From Schizochytrium sp. TIO01 (lineage: Eukaryota > Protista > Bigyra: Labyrinthulomycetes): DNA of 64,000 nt. The position numbers and the translations under genes were made by a program. The first letter of the stretch is position 1. Each line of letters starts with the position of its first letter. The stretch is from positions 1,116,001 through 1,180,000 of the forward strand of contig SMSO01000034.1 of assembly GCA_004764695.1 (NCBI GenBank), in the 5' to 3' direction. Positions 11,928-22,540 of the stretch are shown here, in pieces. Below the pieces are notes generated by a model, which was not told where the DNA came from, searched no databases, and saw only the letters and a list, made by a program, of their open reading frames with translations.

Positions 11928-13931
11928 TCTTCGGCGTGTGCAAGAGAGAAAGAAATACAAGACCTCTGCTCTCAGAAAAAGATTTACTCGCTTCCACTCC
12001 ACTCGACTCGACTCGACTCGACTCCACTGGGACTTTGCTCCTCCTAGCCTGCAGGGTCGTCTCCTGGAGAGAGCAAGCCTCTGTCTGAAGAAGTAGAGAA
12101 AGCGGAACGTAGGTAGGTAGGTAGGTAGGTATGCAGACAGAGAGGGAACTTCAGCAGCAGAGCTAGCGAGCGCAGTTCCTTCCCTCTGCAGTGAGTACAC
12201 TGTCCCAGTCTAAGCTAAGTGTGATTGTTTGTTTCTTTGTTTCTTTGTTTCTTCGTTTGTCACTGGAGGCGCAGGATCTTCCAGCGCTGTTCTCGAAGAT
12301 TCCGAGGCGAACGATGCGAAGAGGATGGCGGTGATCGGCCGACACTCAGACCGCTGCCGCAGCTGGAAAGGTAAGAGCAGCAGGAAGGGATTGCGGGGGT
12401 CTTTCCTTTCTTGAGTAGGTAGCAAGCAAGCACCCTCGCACACGCTAACTCGCTCGAGTGCTTGCTCGAGTGCCAAGCTAGCAAGTCTGCGGGCTTTGCC
12501 AGCTGTGCTACGTGCGTGCGTGCTGCTGCTGGGGCTCGCTCTCCCTCGCTCGCTCGCTCGCTGCAGACACTCGTTCTTCGTTCCAGTGCCCGTGCCGGCG
12601 GGTTTCCGTGCGTCTTGGGTCGGTCGAAGGCCTCGCTTTTTGGCTTGGAATCAATCGGCGCCTTGGTTGATCTGGTGCTCGAAAGAAAGCTGTACGTACG
12701 TACCCAAGGCTGAAAGAAGTCAGATCGATCGGCGAGCGATGCGAAGCGAAGGAAGCGAAGGAAGCGAAGTGAAGAAGATTGGATTGATGGATTGAAGGAT
12801 AAATTGATGGATCGAGGTCTGGAGCGAGGCGAGGCGAATCGAGATTGCTGCCGCCTCAGCGAGCACAGATGAAATAGAGGAGTCGCAGCGGGCCGAGTGA
12901 CGAAACTCCGGCACTCTCGAAGGCCCTCCTGAACCGCAGGACATTTATTTGTCTTGAAATCGGCCAACAAGCTCCTGGAAACCTAGCTCCAAGCTCGCAA
13001 GCTCTGCCTGCCTGCCTGCCTGCGTGCTCGTCCTCGGCCTCGAAGAGCCCTCCAGATGATCGATCCCTCGTGACTGACGGATAGACTGGACTCACCGCTG
13101 TGTCTGATAGCGCCGGCGGTCTCGAGGTCCTGGAGGCCCAGGTCCTCTGGATCGCCGATGCTCAGCCCAGAGGACCTCGGGAGGCCTGCGCGAAGGCGGG
13201 GAGAGCGAGGCGAGGAGGCTCGCCTTCGCCTCCGTCTTGGCCTTCGCGAGTCCTCGTCTTCGCGAGGCTTCGTCTTCGCGAGCCGGCGCGGGGCAGCTGA
13301 CTCAGGCTGGCGCTCTCTCCGACCTGCATTGAACGATGACTTCCATCGCGCATCCTCTTCCCCAGTGGCCCAGCCAGCGAGCGAGCGAGCCAGCGAGCCA
13401 GCGAGCGAGCGAGCGGGAGAGAAATCCTCCGCGGCTCGCCGAGGCGGAGCGCCAGGCGCTAGAGCGAGGCCAGAGCAGCGTACGCGGCCTGCGACTCCTC
13501 TCGAGGGAGGCGATCGAAGAAGAGCGCGACCGAAGAAAGTCTCAATCAACAGAGACTTCGTCTCGCAAGAGTGCGGGTTCCCCGTGAAGTGTGGCTGTGG
13601 GTAGTAGGCAGAAGAACTGCGGGCACGAGAGTTGAGGGGTAGGAGTCGCTTAGCTCGAGGTAGCGGCGGGGCAACTTCAAGTTGGATAGGTGGCGATGAT
13701 GAGGCTTTTGGATTGTTTTCGAGTTGAAGACTGACTGACTTGGAGGGAGGGGATCGAGAGGAATGGGCGTGGATCAGGATAGATGAGCAGTGTAATACCA
13801 ACGCATGGTTCGGTTGGCTTGCACAAACAAAGAAATTACGAAGAAATTAACAGACAAGCAAGCAAGCAAACAAACAAATGTTAAAGCGGTTAGTATGTTC
13901 GAGTTTCATGGGCAGTGCCGAGTCATGAACC

Positions 13932-13980
13932 ATGAATGAATGAATGAATGAATGAATGATGAATCGCAATTATGAATGAT
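13932..13980. repeat. (GAAT)n microsatellite
   Basis: atgaatgaatgaatgaatgaatgaatgat... Confidence 0.85.
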
Positions 13981-14599
13981 GGCGAGAACTGTTTTCAGGT
14001 CAAGATGGTGCATATTCTTGCAGAATCCCGGTGGCGTGATTCATCAAAATCTTCAAAAGACTTCAAGCTGTGTGCAGGAATCAGTACGTAAACAAACTCC
14101 AGGCTGGCTGGAACAGGAAACCCGAAGACGACACTCACTGCCTGCATGCAGCGTCAAGAGTCGAGATCGAAGGTAGGTAGGGAGGTAGACAATCTACCCG
14201 CGCCGAAGAAGCCTCGCAATAAAGCAGCGTTTGGCTTGAGCTATTTATTTTCCAGGTGTACTAGCAAGACTCACTTACCCCGAAGCCAGTGGAGTTCAAC
14301 AAAGTCTAAACTACGCTGAGACGCGTTGATCGATCATCGTTTACCAGTTGGTGAACTTTGAAAGCTACCCTGAAAACTCAGGCTTAGATGACGATAGTTT
14401 AGAGACTGACAGAATCTCTCTATAGAGCTAGAATTATGCAGCAGACGGCCCAGCTGGCAGTATACACATCGTTCAGGCGCCCAAGGTCGCTGTCAGCGCC
14501 ACAAGCCTGAATAATTCAGCCGTCGGTCTTGCTTAATTCAGGCCCCTGGTCGATCTCAGCGGCAGTAGGTGAGAAAGTAAGGAAGGAGGAACGAGGGGT

Positions 14600-15230
14600 T
14601 GAGAAGCTTACATCAATTCCTACATCGACAACTGCGGCTCTCGAGATTTTAATAGAGCGGTGGTATGGATGCCTGCCCACTGGGTTGGAGTAGTAGTGCG
14701 TGAAACTCACCCCCCGACACTCAGAGCCAGAGAGTGAAGGCGTTGTCGAGAGATCGAGGAGATCAACGCTGGTGCCGCGTTTCCTATCCAAAGCCCTTCA
14801 TGGATATGACTTCTTCAAGAAGCCCATTCGCTCGCTATCTCATGGTTTTGGCAATTTAAAGGACAAAGGATTTTGTGCAATACTCTAACCTACTAAAGGT
14901 CATGGAAGAAGGCCGGTGAATCCCCAGTGGGAGGTGTGTGCTCTTGTTGGATTACGGACCTTGCCTGACGCTTGTAGGTACCAGTATAGTGACTACAACT
15001 ATGACAGTGACCCGGAGATGTTGAACATGATATTGATTGAATAAGAGGATGCACTCGATTTTTTTGTTATCCATTGCAAATTTTGAGGTCGTGGTAGGTA
15101 GGTTCTTACGTCATCTTGAGCTGGCTGGTGTGTCTTCTCATACTCCTCAAGACATGCTACACTAGTATCAAAAGAGCTTCAACATCAAACTGAAAGGAGG
15201 CGGGGCTAAGTACCTATCCAATTTCCCAAA
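14600..15230 (+). mobile_element. Highly decayed Ty1/copia-like LTR retrotransposon pol relic (integrase core, SH3-like region, start of RT)
   Basis: Colinear degenerate motifs across frameshifts and stops: KLTSIPT/DNCG (cf. IRTDNGGEF), TPRHSEPESEGVVERSRRSTL (cf. TPYTPQQNGVAERKNRTL), FFKKP..LSHGFG (cf. GKKPxLSHLxxFG), PQWEVCALVG (cf. KLDPKxxxCIFVGY) and ATLVSK (cf. KARLVAKG). Confidence 0.45.
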
Positions 15231-16346
15231 CTTGGACGGGAAACGGGGAACTTTGAAGGGATTTCATTGAAAGGATCTCATTTTCTGATGGTACGTACTA
15301 CTATATTTCAGGGCAGCGGCTTGAATCCAACAATTAGCTCGTTTGCAAAACTTCAAGATCGAATGCACTCATTTTAAAGACAGTATATTATACAAAGGCA
15401 CCGAGCCAGCCTTCGAGTCTGCAGCCACTCCCTCGCTCGCCTGCGCTGTAAATATCAGAAATCGGGCGCACGACGTTTTGAACGTGTTGACGTCATGACT
15501 GGCAGGTTAGAGTTTACCTCCAAACCTTAATGATGGATACTCGTCGTAGTCTTGCGAGAGAATGATGGCGCAAAAGCGCAACAATCGCAACGCACGATAG
15601 GCGAAAACTGGGCGCCATTCTTCACCGAAGTCTTGGAGTTGTGCAAGCATGTTACTAACTTTAATCAGACGCGACGATTAATTAAGAGGCCCTTATTTTT
15701 TAATCCCAACTTTGACAAATATCTTCACAAGTCAACGTCACTTTTTATGTTTTTAAAAGGAGGAACTCTAAGCTGTATCCTGAGTGCACACGTCTATGGC
15801 GGGGATCTCTATCTGCTCTACAGAGGCATAGAGCAGAAACAAAGCGGTAAAGTAGTAATGAGTGAGTGTTTTGGCTTGGGATTTCTTCTCTACTCAAGCA
15901 AAGAGATCTTAACTCAATATCTCTAAATTGTTTGCAAGCTCCTAGTTTCTAAAATGTTATTGCAAGTTGGCGCAGGAACCTGCTCACTCGCATGCTCGGG
16001 AGAGAGTGTGGCCTTTTTACTCGATCTAAAACAGCATGATCCCACCTGAATTCCATACTTTGTAATACAAGCCTGTGACGTACTTTCGTCAATATAACAC
16101 AAATACTTTGTAAGTAGATGCAAGAAACACCCAGGTAGAACTTAGCCATCATGGTAAAAACCTATCCAGTTCTACAGGTTTGAATCTTGTAGGCGGATAA
16201 TGAATGAAGATGGGCATTAATGAGCACCGAAAGGGGTTATATATTCCCTGTCACGCAAAATCAAACAATACCTACACATAGTTTCAACGTGATTTTGTCA
16301 CGATTGGGCATGTGTCTAAAGTAAATATTAACATGATAAACTAAAT

Positions 16347-17780
16347 CTAAGGCTCCGGGTCTGGCTGTGCCCGCGAGCTACGCTTATGAATAGAGTTCTT
16401 GGAGCCCGGAGAAGTTTTCCTGTTCATCGCAATGTGTTCATTATTCTCATCATTTTCATTATCGGAGCCGTCACTCTCGTCGTGATCATGGTCTTCATCA
16501 AAATCGCTCGTGACAAATTCAGTGTGGATGGCATCTGGTTGCCCTGGAACAAGAGTACGAATGTGCGAGCCACCGGCCTGGACCGCAGCAGACGAAGGAG
16601 ATGTCATGATTGATGAAGCAATTGCTAAAGCACCTGAGGCACGAAGAACGTTAACTTTATAACCAAGCTCGATGGTGACCCGGCTGGGGTTTTTGGCAAG
16701 TACAGGCTCGCCATCGATTTGAATATAAATTTCAGAGTCAGGAACAAATTCCATTTCATACGAACTGCACTGAGCTGTCCTTTTAATACCAATTTTGGCA
16801 CCTGTACCAATAACCATGGCAACGTTTGGTGTTCCTCGAATTGTGCAAGCCTCGAGTTTTCCATCGCCAACATACTGAGGCAAAAAGTGTCCTCTATTAC
16901 TAGGAGAAGGTTTACCCCAAATGTTCGCACCAGCACTGTATGAAGGTATGTTGAGAAAGGCGAGAATGCGATCTGCCTTTCTGAATTTCACGTTTTCTTC
17001 TGTATCACCATGCATGCTCCTGACCATTTTACGAAGACGAGGCGGGCTGTGTACAATTTGATTTGCACCTCGTTGAACATAAACGAGTTTGTTGCCTAGT
17101 TGCGAAGCAGTACGGAGCTGCTCAAACTCAAAGACAATCCGCGCGTCGGAGCCCATAGAGAAATAGTTGATCATCTCTTGCTCCATCACATCATCATCAG
17201 GCTGAGTCTCTACAATTTGACCACCCTGTGCAATCATGAACTTGCCTCCCGCGCCTTTATGTATACGAATCTTCCACACGTCGAGCGAGATAGTACTAGC
17301 ATCAAGCATCATTCGCAGGCGGGCAATTAAGGCAGACTTGTGGTGACCAATAAGGGGCGACGGTGGGGCACCGCCGAAACCAGTAGCACGCGAAAAGTCG
17401 TTGCCTGTGCCAAATGGAATAACACCAATTGGGATCTGAGCGAGACCAAAGCGGATAAGCTCTGACAGCACCCATTTCACGGACCCGTCTCCGCCAGCAA
17501 CCACAACACGCAAATTGGGTCTCTCTGCAGAAACCTGGTCTCCAAGAATCCCAAGACCGCGCTCCCTGTCTTCTCTACTCTTTACATTGAAGAAGTATGC
17601 GCGGCAAGGCTCCCCTTTTAAGTTGTCAAAGTCAAAATGTGACGTCTTGAGGTCCAGAAGTGCCTTTGCTGCGTTGCCTCCAGAGGACTCGTTCACCATA
17701 ATGAATACCTGGCCCTGTAGTGCTTCTTCCGGCACATCCTGGATTACCTCCAGTCCGTGCCTCGAGGTTGAGCACCCCAT
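16347..17780 (-). CDS. DGK: Diacylglycerol kinase paralog 2 (no C1 domains), ~477 aa
   Basis: The probable start is the ATG at 17780 (MGCSTS). Motifs [50 protein letters not shown] and IQIDGEP are colinear with the 5086 gene. Confidence 0.92.
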   Translation of the reverse strand: MGCSTSRHGLEVIQDVPEEALQGQVFIMVNESSGGNAAKALLDLKTSHFDFDNLKGEPCRAYFFNVKSREDRERGLGILGDQVSAERPNLRVVVAGGDGSVKWVLSELIRFGLAQIPIGVIPFGTGNDFSRATGFGGAPPSPLIGHHKSALIARLRMMLDASTISLDVWKIRIHKGAGGKFMIAQGGQIVETQPDDDVMEQEMINYFSMGSDARIVFEFEQLRTASQLGNKLVYVQRGANQIVHSPPRLRKMVRSMHGDTEENVKFRKADRILAFLNIPSYSAGANIWGKPSPSNRGHFLPQYVGDGKLEACTIRGTPNVAMVIGTGAKIGIKRTAQCSSYEMEFVPDSEIYIQIDGEPVLAKNPSRVTIELGYKVNVLRASGALAIASSIMTSPSSAAVQAGGSHIRTLVPGQPDAIHTEFVTSDFDEDHDHDESDGSDNENDENNEHIAMNRKTSPGSKNSIHKRSSRAQPDPEP

Positions 17781-19421
17781 CCTTACTGAGCGCCTCCACG
17801 ACTTCACTCACTGCTCGTGGCGGCGTCCGTTTCGACGCCTGTTTAGCTGCTTTGGTATCTGGTTCGCTCGCGCGCTCGCCAGCAGGACCAGCGGCAGCAC
17901 GTGCAAAATGTCGCTCCTATAATAGACGCTATATAACAACTAGCCACTTGAATCTATGAATCATTCTTTTTTTCTATTTTTCTTATTGTGAAAGTGCGCA
18001 ATCAGTAATAGAAATTAATTGCACGCGCTGGCGATTGACGGCCTTACGCTTGGATTGGGCCTTTGATGCCACCTGAGCAGGGTACACGAAAAGCATCCGA
18101 CACATTATTCATAGGCAAGCATGCTTTGTTTCTTCGTCTGCCTCCTGTAACGAGCTAAAGAGGGCTCAGCGGCGTGGATTTTCAGTTCAACTGCACCTTT
18201 TTTCATCTCATGATCAATACTAGTATTAGATAGAATATTCAATAGCAAGGTCGAAAATGATTTGTTCCTTCAATGCCATTTTTGCTTCCATCTATTTACT
18301 TCACTATATTCTAACTTATGATCTAGTACTTACAGATCACATTGCTAGTATCTACTTAATAAAAACTGGTTCAGTAGTACTTACCTACGTGTTTTGGAAT
18401 AGATACCTGCCTCGACAACCTCACTTCACTTGGCAAGTCCTTGGAATCTTTTGGCATGGGTGTAAAACTCAAGACAAAGAAATCACTGTGGCCTCGATAT
18501 AGTAGTGGGCGGCCCTGAGCTACATGCATGAAGTAAATCTATTATCTAACTTTCCAGTTGTTTTTATTTTTTTGTGGTCTTGAAACTTTCTTCGTTGGCT
18601 GACTTATTTTTTGACTGTAGCTCTAGACTTGTACTGAGGAATTTCTTTGTTCTACTGGGGACCTCATCCCATTTGCTTATTTATCTTGATTGCAAGTCTT
18701 GCTCTTTGGGTCGGACGTTGAAGCATCTGTAGCGTTTTGGTTTACGAGGAGCAGTGAGTTATTGCAGAATTTAGTATAAGATGAGGTCATTGATGAGTCT
18801 GCTGTTCAGAGCACTCTCTTCAAATACGAGTCTCCCTTTGGTGTCAGTGCAATCTAACAATGCTTTTACTGGTTTAAACGCGCAAGAAGTCTCGTGCTAC
18901 ACATCATATAGACTGGAGCAGTCGTTTTTTAATAGCCATTACACCATTACAAAGGCATACTTGCACCCTCCCCCCCCCCAAAAAAAAAAGAAGAAATTAT
19001 TGAGTCATGTGCAAAATATGACAATATAACTAAGAGAGGAGTCAATGACAAAGCTACGATTGTAGCCGTGGAACCGTGCGCTGAAAAGTCTGATGTAATT
19101 GGAAAAGGAGTGCAGGTCAAAGGGGCTTGAAGTTTTGCAAGTATGCAGTTGTCTTGCTAGAGGTATTGTGGGCTACAGACGTGATTGTCATTATGAAGGA
19201 GAGAAGTTTCTTGAATAACTTACATTTTGCTATAAAAGGTCATTCTTGTATTATCTCGACATACACATTCTGCAGACCCATTTGTAATCAACAAAACAAT
19301 ATTGATATACATTACATAATTTTAAAAAACATTAAAAACAAAAACAAAAAAGTATTAAAAAGGCATGGGCGCCATCTCTTGGTCAAATACCTCTAGAGTA
19401 ATCTCTGGAGGATAGACATGC

Positions 19422-20933
19422 TTAGCAGACCGGAACCTTAGCGCGTCTCACACTTCGCAAACGAGAAACAGAATGACGAAATCGAGAAATCAGAGCAAAA
19501 GGCGATGATTGCGAACTGTTCAGAGAATCCTCGCGGAATGTGGAATGAGGGAAGCCACTCTCAATCATAAACGATGCCTTATGCACATAATCAATACGAT
19601 CATCCCCAACCGCATGAAGATCCCAGTCTACAGTCATTGCTTTACCAAAAAGCTTTTGAACTTTGGAGCTGCACTCTCCACGAAATTGGTCGCGCAGTTT
19701 AGAACCAGATAACCGATGTCCTGGTTCATTGATGAGCACAATTCTTAGAATCTCATTTTGAAACTCACCAACATGATCAAGAAGACTTTGCATGGCTTCA
19801 TCATCTTGGAGAAATTCGCGTCCAGTTACGACGCAAACAACATGTTTATGCTCCTCATTGCCGCGCTCACCATCATCGCTATCGTCATCGTTCTCGTCTT
19901 CGTCATCATGATTGTGTTTTCCTGGAGAATCCTGTGCACGCATGGCTGATGCGCTTGACTGAGATGAAACGTTTAATGCTTGCAAACGTGATTTAGAGAC
20001 AGGTCCAGAAAAGTGATGGCACTCAAGGTCTTGAGACTCGTTATCAGACTCGTCATCAGACTCGTCATCACTTTCATGCCAGCTGAGCCAGCTTGTAACA
20101 ACACGTTCATGCATGAAGTCGTCCAGGAGAACAGAAGTGCCCCGCTCAATACTCGAAAATGATCCGTGGAAAACAATGACATCAGGATTTTGCTCGTCGT
20201 CAAAATCATCATCTTCGCTCACATGGTCGGGATCAAAGTTACTTGCTGCTGGACGCTCTTGGTGTTGAAGATAGTCTTGGGTGGCTCCTTGTACAAGCAC
20301 CTTGAGCAATCTGTTTTGCATACTTTTAACTTGACCATTCACAACTTTGAAAAGAACCTCCTTTGCCTCGCCCAAGGCACGAAAAGCCTCGCGGAGCTCT
20401 TCCAGGGATACATTATCTTCATCAAGCTGGCCCAGAACTTCCGTAGGAATATTTTTAAATGCATTTCTGAGATCATCCTGGATTTCGGCGTCACAGTCGC
20501 GGGCACGAAGGGCAATCAAGGTTGCTCCCTCTGCATGAGACCTACTGAGATTTTGCAGTGCAAGCTTGTCTCCAAGAAGTGACTTGGTGACAACTACTAC
20601 GGCTACGGCAGCAATCGTCATGTTCTCGCTGTCACTAATATCAGTTTCTGTGCAACAAGCGATGTGCATACTCTCAAGGTCAGATTTCATTTCTAAGAAC
20701 ACGAGATGCATCGAATCGTCACAGACAACCAGCAGCTCAAGGTCCAACAAAGCAACTTCATTAAGGAGCTCTGGGTCAAATTCGAAGTCCTCTTCATAAT
20801 CGATGATGGCGTTGCTTCCGGAGAGTTTCGCATTTTTATCCACCTCGCCATAGCCGCTCTGTGCGTCCTCTGACGTCACCTGCTGCTTCCGGCCTGAAAT
20901 GCACAAAAGCTTCTGAGGCCCCCGCATCACCAT
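19422..20933 (-). CDS. Hypothetical protein, 503 aa, with two degenerate TIR-like alpha/beta modules and acidic linkers
   Basis: Long uninterrupted ORF. Two segments follow a TIR_2-like pattern: AVAVVVVTKSLL..KLALQNL...HAEGATLIAL and HVVCVVTGREFL...AMQSLL...ILRIVLINE...KLFGKAMTVDW. The CDS is confident; the TIR call is tentative. Confidence 0.7.
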   Translation of the reverse strand: MVMRGPQKLLCISGRKQQVTSEDAQSGYGEVDKNAKLSGSNAIIDYEEDFEFDPELLNEVALLDLELLVVCDDSMHLVFLEMKSDLESMHIACCTETDISDSENMTIAAVAVVVVTKSLLGDKLALQNLSRSHAEGATLIALRARDCDAEIQDDLRNAFKNIPTEVLGQLDEDNVSLEELREAFRALGEAKEVLFKVVNGQVKSMQNRLLKVLVQGATQDYLQHQERPAASNFDPDHVSEDDDFDDEQNPDVIVFHGSFSSIERGTSVLLDDFMHERVVTSWLSWHESDDESDDESDNESQDLECHHFSGPVSKSRLQALNVSSQSSASAMRAQDSPGKHNHDDEDENDDDSDDGERGNEEHKHVVCVVTGREFLQDDEAMQSLLDHVGEFQNEILRIVLINEPGHRLSGSKLRDQFRGECSSKVQKLFGKAMTVDWDLHAVGDDRIDYVHKASFMIESGFPHSTFREDSLNSSQSSPFALISRFRHSVSRLRSVRRAKVPVC

Positions 20934-21477
20934 TCTGCCCTGTCTTGACTGTGTCTTGTTGGCCGTTCCTGTCTACTACGCTACCTACGGCAGACTTCAA
21001 ATCGTTTATATGCTTAGACTCCTCGCTCAATATTCCTTGGTGTCCCCAACGTTTCCTCAGCACGTGCAAGAATGGCGCACGTGCGCGAGCCACTGCACTA
21101 TCCGAGCTTGCAGGTTTGCACGACTGCAAATCGTAGATTGCCGCGCGGCTCTACTGATACAAGGTCCTCGCTTGGAATACCACTTGTGTCTATTCGAATA
21201 CGCAGTTTGCCGCGCGTCCTGAGCTCCGACGGTGCTGGGCTCTCGGTCAGTGGTGCCTTAAATCTGCAAAAATTTAGAATTGCGTTCCTTTCTTTTCTTC
21301 CTTTTCGATGAAACTTGTTTTCTCCTAATTAGCTCTGTCGGTAAGAGTCCCTCTAGAAGTCAAGTTAAAAGGGGAGCAGAGCAAAATCATGAAAAGAATC
21401 AGAGTTTCAACCTATCAACAGCTAGTGCTTTCCTATGAAGTGCTGGACACTAATCAAGATAGGAAAGTAACGATCTA

Positions 21478-22540
21478 TGTCGAGAAACCCCAAAGGTGTT
21501 TCTCAAGGCCATCATGATTGCCGACAATTTTTACAGTCAAGCGAGGCAGGCCAGCGTAGAGATCGTGATTTTGATAGATATTCTGAGTCAGCTACAACCG
21601 AACAAGCACATCAAGTAAGCCATCCTCGCCATCGCATGTAACATTTGAAGAAGATGGTGGAAGACAACTCAGTAAGAGTCGTCCGTTCGCTGTGGCCTCT
21701 CCAAACTTCTACAGATCTTGATAACTTGTTCCTAAGAAGGACCATTCGTTTTATTTATCTTCATCCGGACTTTTATGATTGCTATCAGTAGCAGGCAATC
21801 GACCGCACGTGACATACGCTAATAACTGGAAAGCATACGCTGCTGGGCCTAATAACCATTCAATGCGCCGTCAACGATGGATGGCCAAGCAACATAGCTT
21901 TTGAAGAAGGCCATTCGAAAGAAATCAGTTTCAGATACTCTTCTGCCGCGCTTGGATTTAAAAAGAAAAGTAGTTTTAGTCACTACATAGGTATGTCTTA
22001 CTACTTGTAACTTGATAACAACTTTCAGTATTTAATACATTTGTTATAAGATCTGAGCGCCTCAAGTTCATATCATGCCAGTACCATGGAGATCATGATT
22101 GAAGTAGCGGCACTGACATTGCCCAGCCACAGCCATTGCGGTTGGTCCGAGCTTGGCAGCCTGCTCGACAAAGAATGCAATTGCTTGTGCTATTTCCAGG
22201 TTTGCTTGTTCTGAAAAACCGGAAAACAGTGCTGACGAGAGAGGGAGACGGGGTGTGCGAAGCCTATTATCACTTCGATCATTGAATACTGTTTTCATAA
22301 TCATCGTACCAGGGTAGATCACGATTCAACCAATCGATTATTGACATATTCGGCTCCAATCGCTGTCATTTCTTGCAACCTATTCGGGTATCGAGTACTC
22401 TTCCCAGTGCCACTGCATGCAACGTCCTCCAGCCACCCAAGTCAAACCTTGACCAACCTTTGCTACGGATCGCGAGTGACCGCTCAATCTCTTCTTCCAC
22501 GACCATCCTGGAAATGCTGATTTATGGAGAGGCTCGCACG
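21478..22540 (-). pseudogene. Decayed P-loop NTPase pseudogene (STAND/Crinkler-associated NTPase-like)
   Basis: Across frameshifts it reads HFQD-GR/EEEIERSL, then a Walker A-like ACSGTGKST (~22395-22421), TVFND, LEIAQAIAFF, NPSAAEEYL and LLGHP. A further ~120-codon frame with only three internal stops reads AFQLLAYVTCGRLP...GTSYQDL*KFG. Confidence 0.45.

Noticed and set aside
10886-12096. Several long plus-strand ORFs (248, 249 and 199 aa)
   Set aside because: Antisense readings of GC-rich repeats. The minus-strand frame is supported by the paralogous RYRGTW motif.
12983-13801. 272-aa minus-strand ORF
   Set aside because: Non-ATG start, runs through microsatellites, R/S/A/P-rich and has no domain. 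More likely UTR or promoter.
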